Origin: Botryllus schlosseri | Lineage: Eukaryota | DNA: 64,000 bases | Assembly (NCBI GenBank): GCA_051294905.1 | Contig: CM119378.1 | Span: 15,376,001-15,440,000 of the forward strand | Direction of reading: 5' to 3' | Part shown: positions 51,401 to 64,000 of the stretch, piece after piece | Numbering within the stretch: position 1 is the stretch's first letter | Layout of the letters: each line of letters begins with the position of its first letter | Made by a program: the position numbers and the translations under genes | The notes under the pieces: model-generated | Told to the model about the DNA's origin: nothing | Databases searched by the model: none | The model's input: the letters and a program-made list of their open reading frames with translations, nothing else

Positions 51401-54400
51401 CGCGTGAACCAGCCGTGCGCCTCGCCGCCTTCTGAGCAAAACCAAGTCAGCGCGCGGTCTAGGGAAGCTGTCTGCACTCAGAAATCGAAAAAGCAGTATC
51501 TGCTGCAGTCCGTCGCGCCACCAAACGCACGCGTTCACAGAAAATCGCTTCCGAACGATCCGATCTTGTCGCACGCGACCGCGGACGACCGCGATACGAG
51601 TGCGCAGGAAAGATCTGCGTCTGACGGAGAGGAATATTACCGCAGGTGTTTCGAGTCTAGAGACAGAAAAATAGATGAAACTGTGTCGTCCGCTTCGCCG
51701 CCGTTGGACCTCACTAATCGAGGCGTGTCCGACGCGTCCGTTGCGTGTGTAAATAACGGATCGCACCTAGACTCCGCCGTGAAACGTGCGCGACCGACGG
51801 ATGAAGGTTCGTGCCCGTCTAATGCGCGGAAGCGATGGGAGAAGAAGAAAATGAAAGCTTCCTCGCCTCCGTCGCCAAAAAAGTCGAGAAAAGATACCGT
51901 AGACACCCGTGACGCGTCTCCAGCTTCGGTGTTTTCGAATAGCGGATCCGACCCGATAGCGGAAATGCAGAAGATCGTCAATTCCACGGATGCTGCTACG
52001 GACCATAGGCTGAGCGACACTAAACAGCGGTCCAACGCGGCGGGACAGAAGAGGAAAACGGGCACGCCTCCGAACGGTGTTGGTGACGGGAAGTTTTACA
52101 GACCCAACTCTGTTCTGTCCGACTTGGTGCGACACGACGACGACGAACGCGCCTCAAACATCAACCCGTTGATGCAGATGGAGCATCTCGTGAATCTTAA
52201 GTTAGGTTCCGGGAGCTCTCTAGAATCGTCGAATTTAGACAGGAAGGTAAACATCGCCAAAACGTATCTGCCAGCTCAATCCGACTCTGGTTACCAGTCG
52301 GCGAACGGAGCCAGTCCGATGTCGGCGTTGCTGAATCTTTTTCAAGGCACAGCCGGCCTGCGTAGCTTCTCCGGTCCCGACGCAACGTGGAAGGATCCCG
52401 AGAAACGCATCGGCATCACGCAACATAATCACGACAAGCCGTCGAACTCGCCGGACCCCCACTGTCGCTCGCAAGCGAGCCGGCTCGACGAGAAAATGGC
52501 TGAAATATTCAGCAGCATGATCGCTAAGGAGCGCTCCGCGCGTGGAAACGACGGGAAGTCCCGTGACGCGTCGCAATCGCTTTCTGTTCCGCAGCGAATT
52601 CAACTGCAGGCGTTCTTCGCGTATCACTACGGCAAGGAGGAGCGGATACGGGACGAGGATTTGAAGTCGCTATCGGGCGAGTGCGGGATATCGGTCGGCG
52701 GTATAAAGGTGAGAGGCAGTTCACAGCGGGCCCGGTTTTCGGTTTGACGGATTATGACAGGTTGTCGTTTCGCGTTCGCGTAATAGGCCACTCGAACAGG
52801 ACCTGACCCTTTGGGATTGTAATAGGGAAATGTAGAGCTTATCTGATGGCATTTCGGTCACTCCGCCACTTCGAGCGGCTCTTGAACTTTCTTTGGCATC
52901 CGCAACCAAACGAGTATGCTGAATTCGTAGACGGATTGCCGCGCGTCGGGTACCCATACACATACAAGTGTAATTCAAAGTCGGGCGTGTATTTTACCCT
53001 GTTGCTAGATATTGCAAGCGTCCAAAGTTCTCGAAATACCCAGTCTGTGTTATTTTGCGTAAGCTGCATTCTCGCTGCCCTTCGGTTGTTGGAATTCTCA
53101 CAACTTTGTTTGATTCATTGCAAATTCCAACTGTTGACTATAGTGGCTATGAACTGGTCGGGTAGGGCAAAGCGTGTACCTTTTGCTCATTGCAGCATTT
53201 GTGTTTTGTTTGTTGGGATATTTGATTGCCTCCTTTTTTTAAATCCCCAGACGGCGTCCATTAAAGCATTGTAACCTATAATAGACCTTTTCATTACGGG
53301 CCTATTTATTGTGCTTGTTGATGATCGTGTGTGTGCTACCGTTAAGTGCAATAACCTTTCAATATATCTGAATGGAAGTACGTAGTGAATAGAAATTGCG
53401 AATGGAGCAACGTTCGGACAAACGCTACTTGAGTTGGGGATCTGGAAGTCACTTGTTTTCAAACCGACGCCTGTACGATTTTGAATATTTAGTGTCAACA
53501 CAAGTTGATCTTATCGATTGGGTCGCTTTGTCGGAAAATTCAATCCAAGATGAGAGGTAATTATCAGGTCAAGTGCGGCGCGCACTCACAGACTCTACTA
53601 AAATCATTCCTTTTCATCTAGCGGCGTTCCGTACCGAAACACGATGGACCTTGTAAAATTTTAACGCGCGCTAAAACGTCGATAGTTACTATTAGTTGGA
53701 GACTGTAAAATATCGGGCAAATGTGATTGGAGGTCGGAGATTAGGCTTTGCGCGAACGCTGAAATCACGAATCGTGATTTTTTCACGAAATTATAGTACC
53801 TTTACCGAAATATAACCGACGCAAGTCATTATTATGCCTGTCCCTTCCCCTTTGTTACTTGTCGTCCCGGGTATCATCCGTCATGTAGAACACGCCGTCG
53901 TAATGAAAGCGCGCGTCATAAAGTCCCCCTTTGAAGGCGCGGAGCGCGGTTGCTGAGGATTAGCAGTCGACAAGTCCTAGGCGACTTCCTATGCGTTGCG
54001 CGTACCCATGAGCGATATTAATCTCCATCCACAGCAGTTTCCTCACGACTTGATAAGAGCTCGTGATTGATGAGATTTAATAACGCGAATCGTACATCAC
54101 ACTGGAAATCAGGCGCTGACATTTTCGCTCTATTGATTGTTGCACGGCCTATGTCGGGTTTTATGGCATACGGCGTTTGATTGACTACGTCACCGCGCCA
54201 CCTGGTTGGCCTTTTTGCTTTCGCCGTTTGGAAGCGTTAATAATAATCAGCGCTGTGTTTGCCAGTTACCATGTAACGGCACCATTTCCTAAACTACTAA
54301 CGGGACATCAATCAAGGAATCTGACAACCGTAGCTGCCGGCATTTGGATATCAAATGACTAAAAAGAGCTTTGCTATTATCCGCCATCTGTATCGAATAT

Positions 54401-56168
54401 ATCTAATGCCGAAATTGATTTTCGGTAAAATTGCGTCGGCGCGGGCCGACATCAATCAAACGCCGATGAATCGCGTCATCAAAGCGCTTATAACAAATTT
54501 GACGGGCCGCGCAATAAATCTCTCGTCCTAATAAATTTCGGTGCTGCTTTTTCAAGCCCGCGGTTATGTGTGTAGGCTCGTGAAAGTGTGGTGAATTTAT
54601 GTCGCAAAACTTAACGACGACAAATGTCGTTTGGCGGCCTGTCGCGCAAAGTACTGTTTTTATCGCCGTGCGCTATATTTCGGCATCGTGTCGCCCCCAA
54701 ATCAACTGTTTGTCGGCGCAAATTGACGACTTTCTAAGCATCGACTTACTGATACTGGCAATGTAGTCGTTGCCGGGATATTCTAGAAAATTGCTCTGTC
54801 ACGCAGCAGCTAGAACCAAGTTGTCGTTACAGCGACATCTCGGATACTTATTAATACGGTAATATTACAGTGATTACGCGGCGTGATGAATATTAAACTC
54901 GGCTGTATTGATACCGTCATTAATTTTACATGTCATTTATTGCCCGCTAAATTCCGAATAATTATATCCTGTATCCGGCTGCGAGAAAAGGTTTACCGTT
55001 GCGCAGAAAAAATGTCGCCGTCCTTAAACGGTGGTCTATGCACAATGTGCAATTGCACATAGATATATTCTGTACTGACCACAGTCAATCAGAGCTCCTT
55101 GCGCCCGGGAAGAACGGCTCCTATTTCGATTGTATGCATAGCGGAGATTTGGGATTGTGACCTATGGAACTTATCGATTTCGTCGAGCTGAAGGTTACAA
55201 ACAAAATGTCTGCGTCGACCCAAAGTTACTTCGTGTCCCCAAAACAGACCATATTTGGTACACGCACGGAAGTGGCGGAAGTCGGTGTTCGTTGCGTGTT
55301 AAATAGAGCATATGTTAACATGCAGATTTAAACAAATTGACCGATTGAGACCACACCAGGGTCATCATAGCGAACTATCGAATTATTTTCATTACCACAG
55401 TGTTATCGGATCTGCTCCATACAAACATATTGCGTTCTCACCGGTTATTTAAAAATATTTTAAGATCCTTTTTCAAAACAACGCTACCAGAAATACAGTC
55501 GTTCGGTACGATATTTCAACACAGCGGTGTAGGTAGAGCAAAGGCAATTGATGGGTAGAGATTAGTTATAAAATCGTAACTTTAATACTAGTTTTAGTGT
55601 ATATTGCATACGTCTAGGTTTTCTGAATGCCCCGGTTACGCGGTAGGCTTGTTATTCCTGCCGCGCGCGCCTGTAAGTAAATCGCGTCATGTTCCTTTGC
55701 AGCGTTGGATTCAAGACACCAACGGCGCGCTCGCGGAAAAGAAAAAGTCCGATTTCGTGCTGCTGTCGGAATCCGGTTGCAGCCCGGCGTTCTCCTGCAC
55801 GGCCTGCGCGTCCAAGTCGGGCCAGCGACTGTCTGCCAGGGATTTCCTGCACCATCTATCAATTCATATGCGTAAGTAATCGGAGTGGATGTAAATTTCC
55901 TTCCTGAGACAAGCGATTATTGACATTATTGCTCGCAGACTGTGCGGGTTTCGCATGCCGCTTATGAGTCATTATGCGATCGCACTTTGAGATGCAAATT
56001 AAATGCAAAACGCGCCATTTCTGTCGGTCCGCGCCCGTAACTCGTGACTCCGTTTCAGGTGACATCAGGGCCGAGTGCTATGACAGCGCTGTCGCGTCTG
56101 GTCGAAACACCGATGAAGGTGGATACAAGCCTGAAATGAAGTTCAAAGGAGAAGTACATTTCAAGTAA
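39488..56168 (+). CDS. TSHZ: Teashirt homolog (zinc-finger homeobox transcription factor), 9 exons, about 1262 aa
   Basis: Exons: 39488-39771, 41036-41202, 47213-47316, 48245-48454, 49839-49983, 50048-50178, 50240-52708, 55703-55871, 56059-56168. Total 3789 nt, phases consistent. Teashirt fingers LYGTVFTGASKFRCRDC..LTVHMSRTGHYRD, KVLKCLGCGHSFDSLQDLTVHMIKTKHY and YLRCVQC..HMRETTHF. CtBP motif PLDLT, atypical homeodomain and a C-terminal finger. Exons 5-8 are high confidence; exons 1-4 and 9 rest on splice and phase logic. Confidence 0.88.
40160..40935. mobile_element. Helentron/HINE-like relic interrupted by the 40321-40896 MITE
   Basis: CCGACATTTCAGCATGCAACAC..CCCAA/CCCTA-rich tract..TGTCGCATGCT. 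Related sequence at 61160-61330. Confidence 0.4.
40321..40896 (+). mobile_element. hAT-type MITE, TIR CAGGGTTGTAA (teashirt intron 1)
   Basis: Perfect 8-bp TSD GGCTCAAC. Confidence 0.92.
44754..45200 (+). mobile_element. hAT-type MITE, TIR TAGAGCC, CCGATA subterminal repeats (teashirt intron 2)
   Basis: Perfect 8-bp TSD GTTGTGAC. Confidence 0.88.
54064..54460. promoter_or_regulatory. Candidate intronic enhancer with three PBX/HOX-type TGATTGAT sites
   Basis: TGATTGAT at 54064-54071. ATCAATCA at 54307-54314 and 54451-54458, both inside an identical GACATCAATCAA. Confidence 0.5.
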
Positions 56169-58744
56169 GGACGAATAACTGAAATGTCAACGTTACTTAC
56201 CATCAAATTCGTAGCTCGATACGAAGACCGTTTTCTCTCCTCTCATGACCAACAATGTTTACGTCCATGTCTTCAAGCAATTTGACATGAGCGGCGTTGA
56301 GATCGCTTGTCCGCATGTTCGAAAGTAGTTCTGAATTGCGGCGCTCCATTAAATTGTATAACGGTGCCGAGTCATTTCTAGGACGACTGTGACGTTCTCT
56401 GTGTTTGAGCGCATTAGCAGCGTATCTACCGCCTGTGTTTTGATGACGTGTCACCTGCAGCACGATTCTGTGTTATAAAATCGGCCCGGAGAACGGACTT
56501 CCTCGGTAGAAAGACTCCAACACTCGTTTTCAAACGAGTCTAAACCTTGTGAATAATCTCTGTCGCTTCATAAACCACAGGAGCTGGTATTGAGGATAAT
56601 AATGCATTAAAGTAATGGAGTAAGTAATGTAAGTAAAGTTAAGTAATGCAATGAAAGTAACTGAGTGTAAAGTTTACGTTGCAGTAACAATCCATATCCG
56701 ATTGTGTGGTAAAATATCGATATTCCTGTTTCGGGACTGACATTGGCACATCACGACCACGCATTGTAAATTATTATTTAATAATAAAATTATGTTAAGG
56801 TGCTGTTAACAGCGTTGGTCTTTTGCACCACAAGCCAATAAATTCCATCAACAACACTATCTAACTTGCTAGTTCAGTATAGGATATTGTAAATAAATGG
56901 CGGAAAGATGCGTATTAGCCAGATTCCCACTATGCCGTAGCGCGCAATTCAGGCCATTACCACTCTATGCTACCAAATTTTGCTTTCACGCCCATTCCAA
57001 TGCGTTAAAAATAGTCAAATACACCAGTCCACGTGGAGATCTGTCTTAGCACTCCCGGCGTTGTAGTGTGATTTTATTAAGTGTATACCACCCACCATTT
57101 AGCGTCTTCTTCGAGTGGTACTCAATACAGAAACCACCCCACCCTTGGGACATATCTCCATAAGAATTGATGCATATTTGAGTCGTTTCTGCCGATTGGA
57201 ATGGGCGTGAAAACAAAATTTGACATCACAAAGTGCAATTAACCCGATTCGAACGGTAAATTTTGGCGGAAATCGGCGAATGCACAATTTTCGTTACAGT
57301 GCGTCCTGGCGGCAGAGGCCTCACGCTATTTCAAGCTATATATTTATGGTGCGAGTCCTACGGATCGAATATATTATTCTTTAATCAATCATGCCGTTGA
57401 CTGTTGAATCGCTTTACACAAACCCTTGCGTTTTCGGAAGAAAACAGCTTTTCAACGCCTGTTCGGCGCTCGCGCATGATCAAACACCACGATATGTTTT
57501 GTCACCGCTAACATATCGCACAGGCGCGCCGGTGCGTCATAAATTTCACCATGTAGGACGCCCTTCGGTTTGATTTTCCGTTCCCTGTAACGAATCGGTC
57601 GATGACATCCGTCGACAGTCGATACCGACGTTTGGACATTGGTAATCGAATATGAAACGTGCATTGTCGCGGAGCTAGCGGTACTTCTGTGGCCATTATT
57701 ACCGATAATGGATGTAAAACATTCGAAGAAATTAGTCGTCCATTATTCAAATTCGAATCGCTATCTTCACGTTAATGCGACCGACTATAATTGGCCGCGC
57801 GAATTGAGCACTAATCAGCCCTCGTGAACTGCCTCATTAATCCTGTCGCGCGACTTCGGAATGAAATTTCGTTCGCGGTCAACGATACGCGCAATCCGGC
57901 CTGTCAAGATTTTCTCGCCGTTAAAATGCTGGTTTATTTTCTCGCCGGCGGAGCGCACATTTTAAAATGGGGGTTGCGTGAATCAGCCGGCGCCCGCCTG
58001 TGTTGGATATGTCAGAATCGATTTCGAGATGTCGATAAAATGAAATCTTAAACACCGAAACGGAATTTGAATCATCGCCCGTCTGTATATAGGCGTGTGA
58101 GAAAAGCGGCTCCCGTCTTGACACGGCGTTTTTATTCGCGGATTTAATTCCTCGGCGGTTAGCTCCTATATCTGACAAGCCTTTCGCGCCGGTATCTGTG
58201 TTTTCCATCACGGGATCTTCCGCAACATCAAGGTGTCTTCCTGCGCCCGCATCCATTTCGGGCGATGGACGGCTCTCACGAATTAGATGGAATCGCTTTT
58301 GTTTTGGTTGATTTGTATGAATTTTTCACGCCGGTCGGAAATCGTGTTTGCAATTAATAATTTAAAAAACCGACCGTGCTGCGAGACGCCTTTTATTTTA
58401 TGGGGATTGGGGATTAAAGAGTCACAAACGCGGCGGCCGTACAGATAGGATGTTTACCTCGCCCGCAATCAACGTGCCTAATCTCAGCGTTGGCTTGGGA
58501 AATTTAAAATAAAAGCGTTCGTTTGTTTGACGTGAGAGAGATTGGATGGGAGTGATTGGATGGGAATGCGGCGCGCTATCTACGGTAGATGCACGCCGGC
58601 TCTCAGCTCGGTTCAGTTTATTAATGATTTAATCGTTTCAAAACTCCTCATGATTGCGATAAAATGAAAATATAGAGGAAGGAATCAAACGACTTGTAAT
58701 TTTTTTATTCAGAGACCCACCTTGGCCTAAATTCCGAGAACATG

Positions 58745-59285
58745 TAAATAGGAGTCATGTAGAGTGCACTGAATCAAAAGTAGCATAAGATGGCATAAAA
58801 AGGACACGCGATGAAAATGAAGTAGCGTGTGTCGGTGGACGAAGCCGATGTAACATCTTAGTCGGGAAATTTCGGGCGCTGTCATTCAGTAGAATCTGCT
58901 TGTATTTTGATTCGAATGTGGACATGCTCGATCGGCGGAATGCTGTTCCACAGTCGCAGTCCGGCATTCTTGATAGCGACGCATCATTCCTACCCGCCTA
59001 TGTATTCCGTCTAGTGTTTTGTGAATATCTACGCCGATTCTAGGACTTCTTAAAACGTTTGTGGTTCAACCACATGTATTTTTATATTCTCTTTGGTTGC
59101 TTTATATTCAGTGTGTACTGTATAATATACATGCGCAATTGTGCATGTCTCTTATTTACATCTTCTAGGCCAAAATGGGTGCCTGATTAAAAAATTGCTC
59201 CAAGTCGTTTCGACTCCTTCCCAGCTATTTATTGTATTGCAGTCTTGTGGTGTAATGAATTGACTAAATTAATAATAAAACTGAT
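58745..59285. mobile_element. Degenerate LINE 3' fragments (minus about 58745-58970; plus-strand tail about 59160-59285)
   Basis: Minus translation RRSSMSTFESKYKQILLN matches the 630-947 LINE. The tail motif CTCCAAGTCGTTTCGAC..TTGTATTGCAGTCTTGTGG is present. Confidence 0.65.
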
Positions 59286-62200
59286 GCTGCGTAATCGTTC
59301 GTCATAAACTGAACCAGCACACTTCGACGTGAGACGTATCAGTTAATTCCAGATAAAGGCCTGTTTATTTATAATGTCGCACAACCGACCATTAGTCCAT
59401 CAAACCGACTATTTGCGATCGATTCGGATTGACACATCCGATATCATTCATACCTGGCGAAGGCTTGATTGTCGTCTCGTGCTTTTTGACCGCTAATTCG
59501 CGTTGCGACGATGCTAACCAGCCGCGGCATATTAAAAACGACCAATCTTAATGACAGGTCTTTAAAGTCGGATCGTTCCGCGACCGGCGAGGCCCGGTTT
59601 TCGTTAACAGCCCACGTTGCCGGATCGCGTGTCAGAGCGACGGAGTCTCCGGATCCGGACGCGGTTGCTGGGCAACCTCGCGGCCGCGTTGACGTGATTG
59701 AAGAGAGCCCGATCAAAGCACCCGGATGAGTTATTATGCCGGAACCCGGTAACCGGGTTATAAAAGTGAGTCGTCTTTCTTTGTTTTATCCGATTGAAAG
59801 CGCGGGTTGTGCTTGTGTCCACGGCTGCTCACCGCCGGATTTACGGGGTCAAGTTATTGCCAACGTGGAGGTAAAGTTTAACAATCGGCGCTGTTTCGAT
59901 CCATCCATCACACGAGTGGGAATGGGCGGATGGTGCCTCGTTCTCGCGTTTCCTGCGTTTCTAAATTGGTGGTTTCGGTGCGGCGTGGGACGCCATCGAT
60001 CAATCCACCTGACAAACTCTTGCGATAAACGTCGACTGTTTAGCGTGGATGGCTGGATTTATACTATAATCTGCATCGCAAGTCCAAAAGAATTTTTATA
60101 TAGTTTCAATAGTTTCTTCCAAAGATGAGACATTTCTGTCAATAGTGATCGACCCTCGCAGTCGCCACAAAGCACTAATAAATAGTTTTAGCCCCGTAAA
60201 TAGGACACTAATTTGAATAACGCGTAACTGGTAACATTTTCTTGTTGCCGCTAAAATGATGCATATTTGAATTATACAAGTTATGACCAGGGCAACTTTT
60301 GTTTCAATAAAATCGCGAGAAAGTTGCACTTAATTTAAACAAAAGATGCTGTAAAAAGTTGCATTTAATGTTTTCGTTGAATTTTTAGTGCGTGAGATGC
60401 TTGGTTCCTGCATAGCTCTCAAATTTGTTACTTTGCCATTTTACTGACGGTCTGGCGACTAGCGAGACCGCCAAAAATTACATTCTTATCAGCGCCTTAA
60501 TGCCCCCTCCGATATTGCCCGATATTGATCAGTCCTAGAGTCATGGGTATGACGACATTTTCAGTCCATATTCGATGTACTGATTCTAATTAACACGGGA
60601 GCCGCAGGAGAACCGGAAGGCGTTTCAGTTCCCAGATTTCAGATCTAGCGTATACCAATATTCGTACATCCATATGCTCGTGTATACGTCATTCGGTACC
60701 TTTTAGATTTCAGAAAACGTAAGCAAGGGTCATGGGGTGCTACGCGTTAAATTCGGATGCGATAGATGTGCGTAAATTTTAAGTATTCCATTTATACAAG
60801 TTTTCTACCGTGTCTTTGCGTATTCCGCGCGTGTTTTGAACGTGACAAGGCGGATTGTGACGATATTCCTTCTGCGAATTCGACGCGAGATGTGCGTTCG
60901 GGGTTCAGACAAAACACGGCCCGAATAAACTTATGTTAGATATTTTCATGTTGAAGGCCGTCATTGTGGCATACATGTGATAGGTCATTCGCTCCGCGGT
61001 GGAATGTAAAAGTGGATGTATGGCAAGCTCCAAATAAACTTGCCATGATACAGAGGGGAATTCTTCCCAACTATGTGACATCTGCGCTGGATGTTCGACT
61101 TTGAATTTCCCGACACTTGCTGTTCACGGTGATTGATAACGTCGTATTCAAAATGGTCGTCCGACATTTGAGCATGCGACACAATGAAAAACGACACTTT
61201 TCCATGCCACACTTTAGCGCGTGACCCCAAAATTAACCCTTATCATGACCCCAACCCTAACCTCAACTGTGACCCTCATGCTCAAGTGTCACATGCCCAA
61301 ATGTGAGTTGCTATTGTGTCGCATGCTGAATTGCTGATACGCCCGCGGACCATAACGGTGTTCTCACCAATTTTCTCTTTGCTTCCAGACAGTACTAAAG
61401 CGTTCCTATCGGAGGTCTTATTCTGTGCCGGTTATAGCTCAAGAAATCAGACTTGTAACTTATGCACGGAGAACAATACGTTATTATTACGTTCAACACG
61501 GCCATCATTATTGGCGAGGTACTGGACAACACTGTGCTGGTAGAAATAAAGTTGACTGTCGCGGGACGAGGCTACACCTGGAGACTTCTGTCTCACGATA
61601 TAGTCGCGTTCTATATGTTCTTGCCTTATTTATTTTACCCTGGTCTTCCTTCGATGATTATTCTCGTGGTGTTCTTTACATGTTTCATATGACGTTTGAA
61701 ATACATGTTAGTTTTTATCGGTAATCCTTGTGACTGTCGCGTATCAGAACACGAAATCGTGCGTAGTGGCTATAGTGGTAATTTTAGTGTCAGGATGCAT
61801 GTTGTGTAAGGAAGGTACACCTCGCTTGCGGCAGGGCGTGTTATATGACTTCAGAGTCTGGAGTGTGAATTTCACGGCAGCAAGGGCCCATTTTCCATTA
61901 ATCGCGGTCCGCGCCTGTCCCGAATGTCTTGTATCCGTGAGATATTCTTATCGAGAGTCTGTTGGCAATCTAATCACCGTCTCGCCAGCATATGATTTCA
62001 CTCCTTCATTATTAGCGTCGCGTTTTGCCGATGCCGTTGTCGGAAATAGACAGATAAGAGTTTGGGTGCGAAAGGTAACCCTGCGACAGTTGAAATTCTT
62101 CGAATTCTTTCATTGTCAACTTTACTGTTGAAATGGCTTGTTCAAGTGTTCATCCGTCGTAATGCGTACAGTGAATTAGCATGGAAATCACTTTGCGATT

Positions 62201-62963
62201 CGATATGACTGAGGCGTACACGCTTCAAATGACTCTTTATAGACGCGAGGGAATTATCGTGTTAGAGAAATTCTCGTTGATTCCGCTCGGTAACACGATT
62301 AGCTCTTTTATCTTCTATTTAATCGGACAAGGAACTATGTATATCTGATAGTTGTGCCATTTGCAATAACAAGACTGCTCGGGACGTATCTCAGTGTGGC
62401 GACCTTGTAATTATCCGAAGTCTGTAAATACCAGACGCCGTGGAAAATATGTGCCTAATTCGACCTAAATGTAATTTATTTTCGTTTGATATCACGATGA
62501 AAAATTTTGCTACATAACGACGAGGGATCTTTGAACTACACGCTCATAAATCATAGCCATATGCGGCTCAGATTATGTTCAAGATAGCGTCACCGCCAGG
62601 TGGTAATCACAAAGGCTGTGAGATGTCATTTGGGGAGATATTTAGATTGCTGTCAATCTAGTCTCGGTAGTTAGAAGGAGAAACGGACGGACGCTTGATA
62701 AACACTGTTCCGAATGGGGCAAATTGGAAGAGGTGAAATCGTAGCTGGCTATTACGCTATATTTATACCATGCATCAATACATTTCACTTTAATACCGTT
62801 GACATCTATTGATGTCAATCAGTGGTGTTGAAGTAGTCGTGGATTTGCGCTTAAACTAGTATTACTGTCAAGAATTTGAGTACCAGACAATTCACAATGT
62901 CGTGTAGATTTGAGTCCCGGGCCACGCGCATGCCGTCGTAAGCCGGCTGGCCAAATATTTGAG

Positions 62964-63850
62964 GGCGTTTGAAAGGTTAAGCTGATTCGAAGAATGAGCT
63001 AGGTAAACGTAAGCGGATTAATGCAATATGCGTTTCCATCATAATACAACAGGATCTAGTGGCTTTTGATGACTTCATTGATTATTCAAAGGCCCGGTAC
63101 ATTTGAGTGCTAATAGGCTACCACACAAAGTCTGTAACAGGCATGAAATGTCTCTGGATTGGAAGTCTACAATGAACCTGGCCGAGACGGTTCCTCCATA
63201 ACAAATTGCAGAGTAACATGTTCAAATGCATGGGGCGATGGACGATCGTGGATAGCTTCCAGCACGCTACTTTAGTGTTTCATACCAGGCATGGCACGAT
63301 TACTGCACCAATGTAATCGATTACGATTACTTCTGAAATGCATGATTACGATTACAGTAAAATCTTGCTGTAGTGTAGTCCAATACGATTACAGAGAATA
63401 GTATAGTCATCGGCGTTTGAAAGGTTAGGCTGATTCGAAGAATGAGCTAGGTAAACGTAAGCGGATTAATGCAATATGCGTTTCCATCATCATAATACAA
63501 CAGGATCTAGTGGCTTTTGATGACTTCATTGATTATTCAAAGGCCCGGTACATTTGAGTGCTAATAGGCTACCACACAAAGTCTGTAACAGGCATGAAAT
63601 GTCTCTGGAAGTCTACAATGAACCTGGCCGAGACGGTTCCTCCATAACAAATTGCAGAGTAACATGTTCAAATGCATGGGGCGATGGACGATCGTGGATA
63701 GCTTCCACCACGCTACTTTAGTGTTTCATACCAGGCATGGCACGATTACTGCACCAATGTAATCGATTACGATTACTTCTGAAACGCACGATTACGATTA
63801 CAGTAAAATCTGGCTGTAGTCGAATACGATTACATGGAATAGTATAGTCG
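62964..63850 (+). repeat. Recent head-to-tail tandem duplication, about 448 bp plus about 439 bp
   Basis: Units start GGCGTTTGAAAGGTTA at 62964 and 63412 and are nearly identical. Each ends within the left end of a GATTAC-rich MITE (CAGGCATGGCACGATTAC at 63286 and 63732). Confidence 0.92.
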
Positions 63851-64000
63851 TGATCATTCACGAATCGATTGCATTTATTGCTTCATTTAATGTAATCCAA
63901 GCCCTCAGCGGATATTCGAAGACAATACGGTTGAGTTAAGGATGCATCATGAGATGATTTTTTTTTCTTAAATAGTCGCGTCATTTGCTTGTTGCGTGAC

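Noticed and set aside
50507-52724. Many antisense ORFs of 60-180 aa
   Set aside because: They are shadows of the GC-rich teashirt exon with no independent signals.
61316-62131. Overlapping plus-strand ORFs or a decayed minus-strand ORF
   Set aside because: No recognisable homology, multiple stops on the minus strand and no coherent splice model.

Overview
Eukaryotic genomic DNA from an invertebrate animal, most likely an ascidian or other tunicate. This is an inference from 59-73 bp minimal introns, an intron-rich teashirt and LU plus 6-Cys sushi proteins. Six protein-coding genes can be reconstructed with frame-consistent splice sites. (1) Intronless ISOC1 (+). (2) A 7-exon NUDT14 UDP-sugar diphosphatase (-) that the ORF track misses entirely; it has one GC-AG intron. 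(3) A 2-exon RhaM/DUF718 sugar mutarotase (+), head-to-head with NUDT14. (4, 5) A head-to-head pair of paralogous secreted LU(three-finger)-sushi genes: 341 aa LU-CCPx2.5 (-) and 999 aa LU-CCPx10-VWA (+). (6) A 9-exon teashirt/TSHZ (+, about 1262 aa) in a TE-poor, CpG-rich landscape with clustered PBX-HOX motifs. The first 36 kb is dense in TE relics: hAT MITEs with 8-bp TSDs, pogo-like MITEs, LINE 3' ends, tRNA-derived SINEs, a 3.7-kb foldback and nested insertions. The most unusual signal is five tiny (29-86 bp) hairpins from three families, each with a 7-8 bp target-site duplication. They look like P-element-type excision footprints. No prokaryotic features, CRISPR array, rRNA or intact tRNA were found. 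All gene models were derived by eye and need RNA-seq or homology confirmation.
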